A stretch of DNA of 64,000 nt, from positions 496,001 through 560,000 of the forward strand of contig NIVC01000240.1 of assembly GCA_002269645.1 (NCBI GenBank), given 5' to 3'. Positions within the stretch are counted from its first letter, which is position 1; each line of letters begins with the position of its first letter. The notes under the pieces are model-generated. The model saw only the letters and a list, made by a program, of their open reading frames with translations. It was not told where the DNA came from and did not search any database. A program made the translations under genes and the position numbers. The DNA comes from Macrostomum lignano (lineage: Eukaryota). Below, piece by piece: positions 47,414 through 64,000 of the stretch.

Positions 47414-50237
47414 TCAAAGTTCCTTGGCAAGTTCTTTGCACGATTCAAAAAACTTCCCACCCGACTCGTAGCCAGTGCTGGTTAAGAAAGCATCCACTTC
47501 GTTTTGAAATCCCTGGTCCAGAATCTTCTTCATCGTGGCCTCGTATTTGGGATCCGAGTCGCCTTCGCTGGAGCCGTCGAGCAGGCTGCTCAACTGCTTC
47601 TCCACATTGGAATCCAACATCTCAATCAGGGGTCCGAGATGCTTGGTCTCACTCTCCTGGACAGATTTAGATTGCTTTGTCGCCGTGGCCACTGCCTCGT
47701 GACTTACGCTGAGCTCGTCCACCTTCGATGACTGTTTGCTTGTCGTTGCTTTCTCCTGGGTGCTCGCCTTGTTGCTGACAGAATTGTCAACTGAATCTTT
47801 GCTGCTGTGACTGCTGACAGCTGCTGTGACTGTGCTGTCCAGGTGATTGGTTGACTCGCGTTTACTACTCTTTGTTTTCTTGACGTCTTCAGCCCTCTCC
47901 GTGGACTGTTTCTCAACCTTCCCTACGGTTTTGGAGTCGCTCGTGTGACTCTTATTTTGGAATTGCTTGCTAGATACTTTTCTGCTCTCATTGTTAGATG
48001 CTCTTTCAGCAGCAACTGCAATTGCAGTCTTGTGATTTTCAATTTTAGTATCCTTAGTACTGCTGCTTGAGTCCGTGTTCTTCTGCACTTCGCTCTTCTT
48101 GACCGAGCTGACGAATTTTTCAGCTGAAGATAGCTTTTCAACTGAATTACTCTTTTGAGCAGAGGTTGTCGCCTTATTAGAATTGCCATTCTCAGCTTCT
48201 CTGATCTCAGACTTGGTGGCGACTGCAGCAACAACGGCAGCGCTAGTCTTAGACGCCTTGCTCGACTCCTGCCTTTCCTCGGTAGCTTTTCTATCCGTTC
48301 TTCTCGAGTCGCTACTGCTGCTTTTGTTGACTTTTTCTTCGACCGATACAGCTTTAGCAGCGGCCTTCATCTGCTCGGACTGCTTTTGTGACACCGTTGT
48401 GCTTGCTACCTGCTCATTCGTTTTGCTGGTAGCCACTGCAGTCGCTGCTGTTGCTTTCGTATCGGCATTTCGATTGTTTGACAGATTCAGCTTCTGCTCC
48501 TCCTGAACTTGAATGGTTTTACTGTTACTTTTAGCTGGTGAATTTGTCTGCCCCTTCTGCTCCGCGGTCGACTTCTGTTGCTGTAGCTGTCTTGACTCCG
48601 ATTGAACTGTCTCAGCTATTGCCGCCGTCCTTGTCGACACAGTCGTCTGCTGTCGCTGGAGTCGCGGCTGCGTTGTTGGTGTCTGGTTGGCGGCGTAGCC
48701 TTCTGGCACCACCCAGTTGCCGCGAAGGCGCATCTTCTTCACAGTTGGATTGGTCCGCTTGAAGTCTTCCTCGGCCTGCGTGAATGCATTGTGTTGGATG
48801 AAAGGGCCCAGTTACATGCCCGATGTCAAGAAAGTAGTGTCGAGGAAATGCACACTCATAATTCACCCCTCTTGTCCCATTATGGCCACAGCATGAGTAT
48901 ACAGTTGTTCAATTTAAAACCTTCAATCCCCACCACAACCTGATTAGAGGGGTAAGGAGATGAAGAACTGTACACTATGCTTTAGCCAGAGTGGGGTGGA
49001 GCTAGAAGAGTAGGAATTGAAGAACTGTACATAATAATTTAGCCAGAGTGGGGTGCGGCTAGGGGTAAGAATTGAAGAACTGTACACTATGCTTTAACCA
49101 GAGTGGGGTGGGGCTAGAGGGGTAGTAATTGAAGAACTGTACACTAATGCTTTAGCCAGAGTGGGGTGGGGCTAGAGGGGTAGGGATTGAAGAACTGTAC
49201 ACTATGCTTTAGTCAGAGTGAAGTGGGGCTAGAGGGGTAGGAGTTGAAGAACTGTACGCTATACTTTAACCAGAGTGGGTTGGGGCTAAAAAGGTTGGAG
49301 TTGAAGAACTGTACACTATGCTTTAGCCAGAGTGGGATGGGGCTGGGGTAGACCATAGGCGTTGAAAAAAGTGTTACACAAAACCAGCTTAAGCGGAGGC
49401 TTTCGGCAGTGCTTTTTCAGATATTTTAGCAACGCCTAAAATGAAAAAAACAGAAACCAAATGCCTGTTAAAAACCTTAATGTGCAGCCCCTCTTGTAAA
49501 ATACTTGTACCCGTGAAACGGAGGCACAAGTGATAAAAAACGTCTAATGATTTTAGCATTAATGCAAAAGCCATTAAATCCGTCTGCACATGAAGCTGAA
49601 AAACATGTTATCAACGGGTGTGACAGGATGGCGAGTGTTTATATAATTTATCCTAAAAAGGTGGAAAAAAATATGCTCTCGCCTTCTTCAGGACTTCAGC
49701 GGAAAAGAAACGTAAGATTCTAATCGATTCGATCGATTTTAAAGCAGGAAAATTGCAAAAACATTGCATCGACATAAAATTGCAATCCACACGATTGTCA
49801 CACGCATTGACTAATTTACACTCGCGAAAATCAGATTTAATCAAATCCAAGTGCTCGCCTTGTCTCTGTTTCAGCACGCCTACGTATGCGAGGACTCAAT
49901 AAATTTAATCAGATAACAGCAGAACGGCCCAGGGGGGGGGGCTTAGCTGTCACCTCTTGACAGTTGTCTGTGTCTTTATAGCTTGCTGTACTTTACGACA
50001 AAATAAGGTAACCTGAATTTGTAAGCATTGAGACTCTAGTTTGTATTTAGAATGAATATTTTTATAGTTTCATAGTTAAAAAAACATATTTTGTATATTT
50101 TCTTAACAAGACAAGACAAATTTGATCGATCTAGATGCTTTTATAGGATCCCTCCAAGCAAGCAGGTACGAATGCGCATCCTAGTATACCTTTTTCTGGG
50201 CGTCGCGCCGGTGTCCGATGTAGTCTGCTAGCGACAT
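47414..50237 (-). CDS. Hypothetical 469-aa Ser/Thr/Lys/Glu/Gln-rich protein, 2 coding exons
   Basis: Exon 50237-50190 (MSLADYIGHRRDAQKK, donor AAG|GTATAC) joins in phase 0 to 48775-47414 (acceptor TTCACGCAG|GCC). The long exon is a 1.36-kb non-tandem ORF. No known domain recognised. Confidence 0.65.
48955..49350. repeat. ~57 bp tandem repeat (GAAGAACTGTACACTATGCTTTAGCCAGAGTGGGGTGG...)n, ~7 copies
   Basis: GAAGAACTG recurs about every 55-58 bp, inside the predicted intron. Confidence 0.9.
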
Positions 50238-51244
50238 TGCGCCTCCTCCTTCTCTGCTTTTGTCTGCCTTTGTCTGCTTTTGCTGCTGCGACTGCCGAGA
50301 TCTGCCGAAGCCAGCGGAGTTGAGATGAACTCGCCTGCCAACTGCCGGCATGTGGGGACGGGGAGTTGCCAGGCAATTTAAAGGTGTCGCCAGGCCAGCG
50401 AGTGAGAGAAAGTGGGAAGAATTTGGGTGGGGAAACACAACTTCTGTCCCAAAATCTGGGTAGCAAATCCTGTGAAGGCCTGAGGAATCTCCCCAGACTC
50501 CGGCAGCCTCTTCTCCCTGCCTTGGCGCCTGAGTCAGGCTGGAAAGGGAAAATGGAAATGGACAGAAAGCCGGTCGTTCCTTCTGGTCTTTTTTATATTC
50601 CGAATCGCCAGAAAGTGGAGTCGCTCGGAGTTCATTTATCACAATTGCGGACTCTGAACTGCGGAGCCGCTGCCCACAGCCGATCTGCTTGGGTTTATAG
50701 TCGGTGAGAACTGCCGGGTTTCAAGGAAATATGGAGCACTTCCGGCATTCTCTGAGCGCCTCTTCTGCTTTTCTCTCACTCTCTCTCTCTCCCGATCAGC
50801 CGGCTTCCTTCAGTTTCAGCCGCAGTCAAGAGCTCTAGAGTGGTACTCTTTTGTCTCAGTGATCAGTCATTGGTTCGCGGTGCATCCCAAGCAGCCCGAC
50901 GGCAAGCGCCGAAAGCCGTTCCCCCTCTCGATTTTTCTTCTTTTCTCTTTTTTTCCTCTGAGCAAAGCAAATGTTTGTGCAGTCACGAGCGGTTCCTCAG
51001 TTTTTTTGGGAAAAAGTGGAGTCTGGGAGACTGATCCCCCCGGACAGCGGGAGGGAGGCCAGAAGGGAAGGAAGACAGGGCGAAACAGTGGACGTGTACT
51101 CTTGGATCGAAACGGACGAAGCAGAGAGAGTTGGAGTCAGACAGACGGTTGGTTTGAATAAAAAATGTTCTGTGAACTGCACTGAGTCAGCACTGTAAAC
51201 AGAGCGAACCTTCTGAGGCCGAAGGCTCGAAGTTGCAGGCTCCG

Positions 51245-51775
51245 GGGGAGACTTGGAGGGGGAGACTCGGAGGGGAAACTCGGAGGGGGAGACTCGGAGG
51301 GGGAGACTCGTAGGGGCAGACTCGGAGGGGCCAGACTTGGACGGGGAGACTCGGAGGGGGAGACTCGGAGGGGGAGACTCGAAGGGGGAGACTCGAAGGG
51401 GGAGACTCGAAGGGGGAGACTCGGAAGGGGAGACTCGGAGGGGGAGACTCGGAGGAGGAGACTCGGAGGGGGAGACTCAGAGGGGGCAGACTTGGAGGGG
51501 CAGACTCGGAGGGGCAGACTCGGAGGGGGAGACTCGGGGGGGGGGAAACTCGGAGGGGGAGACTTGGAGGGGGAGCCTCGGAGGGGGAGACTCGGAGGGG
51601 GAGACTTGGAGGGGCAGACTCGGAGGGGGAGGCTCGGAGGGGGAGACTCGGGAGGGGCAGACTCGGAGGGGGAGACTCGGAGGGGGAGACTCGGGAGGGG
51701 GAGACTCGGGAGGGGGAGACTCGGGAGGGGGAGACTCGGAAGGGGGAGACTTGGGAGGGGGAGACTCGGAGGGCT
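51245..51775. repeat. 15 bp G-rich minisatellite (GGGGAGACTCGGAGG)n
   Basis: Tandem units. Confidence 0.95.
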
Positions 51776-52479
51776 GAGAAGTTCATTATCTCAAATAAAT
51801 AATCTGAGAACACAGCGAGTCAGGAAGCACAGTTCCAAATCTGAGACCATTTAAAGAATAATCTGTTATTCGCAGAACCGGAAAAATCATTGTTTACTAT
51901 GCATTATACCAGTCTTACTTGCGTTGTTGACAAATGAAAATGGGGAAGAATCTATTACTACTCCGTATAAGGTTTTATCAGTTCTCTATTCTCAACAGTT
52001 AAGGGACAAAATGCAAACAATATCTGACGAACACAGAAAGCCGTCCTATGCTAGGGGAACTCAGACACCATGCCTAACACCTTGTATATAAAAATTTGAA
52101 TAATAATGCAAAGTCAGTTGTGACAGGGTATTGTCAGGCTGCAGAACAGAAAGCTGCATAATCAGTCTATGTGAGGCCGCATGCGCCAAGGCAACAGTCT
52201 ATTGAATCGATTTTTTTGAGGCGGAAATGAATTCAGCTCAGCACTCGCTACATCGAAGCGCTGAGCACGCTACACTTCCTGTTTCCTCGGCAGCTGCAGT
52301 TCTGTTTGGAAAAAAAACTACTACTGTCAGGTTGCAGTCTGGCCTACTTTTCACTCCTAAATTTCCAGCAGAGTAAAGGCTTTGATGAGCAAAGAATTCA
52401 TCTGTTCAATAATGGTTAAAGTTTAGAAGGAAACAATCGCATTGAGACAATACATTTTTATGCTTGGAGGGGATGGTTG

Positions 52480-52830
52480 GCGTGCTTTTGGGGTTGGTGC
52501 GTGCTTGTAGGGTTGGTGTGCTTGGTGTGTTGGCGTGCTTGGGGGGTTGGCGTGCTTGGGGGGTTGGCGTGCTTGGGGGTTGGCGTGCTTGGGTGTTAGC
52601 GTGCTTGGGGGGTTGGCGTGCTTGGGGGGTTGGCGTGCTTGGGGGTTGGCGTGCTTGGGGGTTGGCGTGCTTGGGGGGTTGGCGTGCTTGGGGGTTGGCG
52701 TGCTTGGGGGTTGGCGTGCTTGGGGGTTGGCGTGCTTGGGGGGTTGGCGTGCTTGGGGGGTTGGCGTGCTTGGGGGGTTGGCGTGCTTGGGGGGTTGGCG
52801 TGCTTGGGGGGTTGGCGTGCTTGGGGGACA
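52480..52830. repeat. 16-17 bp G-rich minisatellite (GGGGTTGGCGTGCTTG[G])n
   Basis: Tandem units. Confidence 0.95.
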
Positions 52831-53569
52831 AGCGGGACGGCGTATGAGGGGATCAACCTAACAGACACCAGGCACTTGCAAACGTTCTTGCCAGTAAGGA
52901 TATATAACTCTACCATATACAGCAGCATCTGTCTGCATGCAGTCACAGCTGTGCTACACGGTAACACGGAGCTGCGACGAGGCTGACTGGGTACTCTGGT
53001 CTATTGAGTATAGCCCTACTAGCAGAGAGGAGTGTCTGAATTCTGCACTGTTGCTCAGTCTATACGCAGCTCAACAAGTCCGGGTGAAGATAATGGCAGC
53101 GAGAGCACTGGGGCATAACAGAGATCCGGGAAGAGGATGTAGGAATGCTGCATGGGTTTCTCAGAGCACACAGCTGTAAAGAGACGATGAAGTTGCTACA
53201 AGAAACGCGACTTTAGAAAGCTACTAGAAGCGACTAATTTCAATTGAGCAGGTGCGAGGCGGATCTTGAGCAAGGGTTGCTGGGGGATTGCAATAGTATG
53301 ATTTTCTGGTGACAAGCGAGGGCATAGGACTTATACTCGTAATATAAGCAGATTGACTCGCAAGTAAAAGTACACGGTGTCAGTTGAGTACGGATAATGA
53401 GGTAAGAGGCGCATAACTAGGAACATAATACGGTGGATACTGCGAATACCGGAGATTACAGGGATGCGCAAGTCTGCACAATTCGAATGCAGCGATTCGA
53501 TTTACAACAAATATTCTGACTGAATACGTATGACCGTTCTGTACAACTCAGGTAGCAAAAATACAATTC

Positions 53570-54043
53570 TGTCAGTCAGTCAGTCAGTCAGTCAGTCAGT
53601 CAGTCAGTCAGTCAGTCAGTCAGTCAGTCAGTCAGTCAGTCAGTCAGTCAGTCAGTCAGTCAGTCAGTCAGTCAGTCAGTCAGTCAGTCAGTCAGTCAGT
53701 CAGTCAGTCAGTCAGTCAGTCAGTCAGTCAGTCAGTCAGTCAGTCAGTCAGTCAGTCAGTCAGTCAGTCAGTCAGTCAGTCAGTCAGTCAGTCAGTCAGT
53801 CAGTCAGTCAGTCAGTCAGTCAGTCAGTCAGTCAGTCAGTCAGTCAGTCAGTCAGTCAGTCAGTCAGTCAGTCAGTCAGTCAGTCAGTCAGTCAGTCAGT
53901 CAGTCAGTCAGTCAGTCAGTCAGTCAGTCAGTCAGTCAGTCAGTCAGTCAGTCAGTCAGTCAGTCAGTCAGTCAGTCAGTCAGTCAGTCAGTCAGTCAGT
54001 CAGTCAGTCAGTTAGTCAGTCAGTCAGTCAGTCAGTCAGTCAG

Positions 54044-54046
<3 letters not shown>
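53570..54046. repeat. (GTCA)n microsatellite, ~475 bp, nearly pure
   Basis: One GTTA interruption; overlaps the RASEF stop codon. Confidence 0.98.
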
Positions 54047-62195
<8,149 letters not shown>

Positions 62196-63034
62196 GCGTG
62201 CTGCGATTAGCTGTCGCCGAACTGTCTGTCAACAGTTCGAGCCGATTGTTACAAAGAAACTGTTGTTGAATAGGGTCAGTCTTCTGGCGCAACAATTATG
62301 TGCAAATGCGGCATGTGCCGAAGCGGAGGAGTAGAGCAGAGCTCAGATTTGAGTAGTTCGGGGGGGGCTTGCCGGCCTGCCTTTTCTTATAAATCAGATG
62401 GTGTTGGAGGTGGCCGGTCGTCGCAGAAAAATAGGGGGGGGGGGGGGCAGGGAGAGACCGGAGCGAAGGTCTGGGTGCAGATTGTGCTGGCAATGCTGTC
62501 AGAGTGTAGGCACAAAAAGCAGCACCCACCCCAACAAAGCTTGCAGCAGAATTCTCTGTTCTGTGCCCCGAGAAGCAACAGGCGTGTGCAGAGAGGCGAA
62601 GCCATTCTAATAAATGCTTTAACCTGTAGCCCTGCGCTCCGGCAGACTTTTACACTCGCGCCTCCACCACCGACCTACACTGCAGGCCCGTGGCTTGGAT
62701 TTTGGCAAACTGAGAATATATATAATGTGTGTGTGTGTGTTTTGTATGTGACACGTGTGCGTCCGGCAGGCCTGCGAATTGAGCAAAGCAGCTCTCTGAA
62801 TCCGTATTGTATGAGAATGCATAAATAAGCCATTAAGTCACAGCGGCTGCTGAAGGATCAAATAAAAATTTCTTAAAGTCTGTTTAAAGGTAGCTTTTGT
62901 AGTGTTTTGCGATCCAAACTCTGACTGTGGCGTACTGGCCGACTTTCCTATTCACCAGCCGGGGCACATGAAGTTCACACGAAGGGCGTTTTTACGAGCT
63001 AACTGCAAAAAATCTGTGTCAAAACTAGTGCAAC

Positions 63035-63140
63035 CTCGGCGGGTGGCTGAGCACTAGAGCGGTAACGAGCCAGACCCTTACACTAAACTGTACCAGACAG
63101 AAGCTCCTGGGTTCGAATCTGCAGATTACCACAATTTTTT
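63035..63140 (+). other. Degenerate tRNA-like / SINE-head sequence
   Basis: TGGCTGAG (A-box-like), GGTTCGAATC (B box), followed by T6; too long and irregular for a cloverleaf. Confidence 0.35.
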
Positions 63141-63724
63141 GGACTCTCCGAGGGTTGCTATTAAGTATATTATCAAGATAAAGGTTGCAGAGACATGGCT
63201 ATTGTGATCGGGGAAAATACTCTCAGTTTAACTCACAGACGAGGACACACAGTGATTTGCGTGAAGCATGCAGCCTGCAACATTTGTCTCCAGCTGTTAT
63301 TCGATATAGTAGGCATGCACCTATAGCTACACTCGCATATTATACCGCCTCCCTGCTGGTTTACAAACCCGATAAAGAATATCTCTGATGACAGAACTGA
63401 TTAGCCTGACACCATTGAATATACTACTCGCTTTAAAAAAATCTTTATTAACAGTTACTCTACTTTAAGTAGCTAAGTAGCGCATCGCAAACATTCTCAT
63501 TTTGCACTATACAATAGCCGCACATCTACAGCCAGCCCATACAAAAAAACTGAGCGTACAGCACAGCTATGCTATATTGGCTCCATGCCAACAGAGGCCA
63601 CTCAAAATGAGACTGCAAGAGACACTCAGTGTTCTATTATATGAGCGAGCACGAAACTCTCTCACAGATGACGCCCAGCCAGAGGGAGCAAAAAACAGAG
63701 CCCAGCTGCTGTATTATATAGAAA

Positions 63725-64000
63725 ATGACCCTGCAACAGCAGCTGCCGCACGCCGATCCGGATAGCCTGCTGGTCCTGCGCAGCTTCCTAGATCAGTGCG
63801 ATCAGCGACCTCTTCACCATCTGCAGTCAGTGTCCGGCGAGGCGAATTCTATCGCCAAGGAGTTCCAGCAGCGACAGCCAATCGGAGCTAGACTAGCCTG
63901 CGAGATCGGAGGTCACCGGCCGCATCCCAGCCTCTGCTGCCACTTGGCCAGCGTGCGCGGCCCTCCGGTCATCGCCTTGATGGAAGACGCTGGCGCCGCC
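63725..64000 (+). CDS. 5' part of an unknown + strand gene, 3'-partial
   Basis: ATG at 63725 opens 92 codons (MTLQQQLPHADPDSLLVLRSFLDQ...) to the window edge; GC-rich exon-like; all three minus frames contain stops. Confidence 0.5.
   Translation, partial: MTLQQQLPHADPDSLLVLRSFLDQCDQRPLHHLQSVSGEANSIAKEFQQRQPIGARLACEIGGHRPHPSLCCHLASVRGPPVIALMEDAGAA

Noticed and set aside
48700-48775. THAP-domain C-terminal resemblance (EEDF...VVP)
   Set aside because: The upstream exon supplies no C2CH residues.
49948-52125. Possible solo LTR (TGTCAC...GTGACA) with a PBS-like TGGCGCC at 50523
   Set aside because: No TSD (TTAGC vs GGGTA), the PBS-like motif does not follow an LTR end, and the interval contains the predicted first exon of the orphan gene.
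53530-54015. SVSQ-repeat ORF
   Set aside because: Translation of (GTCA)n.

Overview
Eukaryotic (animal) genomic DNA: GC-rich spliced exons separated by introns and spacers packed with minisatellites, SINEs, MITEs, a mariner and a LINE. The style suggests a flatworm such as Macrostomum, but this is inference only. By hand-joining GT-AG sites in consistent phase I reconstruct: the 3' 13 exons of a Furry (FRY/FRYL) gene on + (<1-20361); five consecutive minus-strand genes (MFSD13A/TMEM180-like transporter, multi-C2H2 zinc-finger protein, Artemis/DCLRE1C-like nuclease including two small 5' exons absent from the ORF track, a 469-aa low-complexity orphan, and RASEF/Rab45); a possible single-exon orphan (24033-24605); and the start of a + gene at the right edge. 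Mobile DNA: one apparently intact D,D34D mariner, one decayed APE-RT-RNaseH LINE, four MITE families (three with 8-bp TSDs) and two tRNA-derived SINE families. No CRISPR, rRNA or convincing tRNA gene. No confidently new system was found. The best leads are (1) a fry intron built entirely of tandem ~40-nt GT..branch-point..CAG units, which fits recursive splicing or stacked mini-introns, (2) a possible SINE-LINE chimeric insertion bounded by an 11-bp direct repeat, and (3) satellites apparently seeded from splice-site sequence. All motif calls are by eye; no searches were run.
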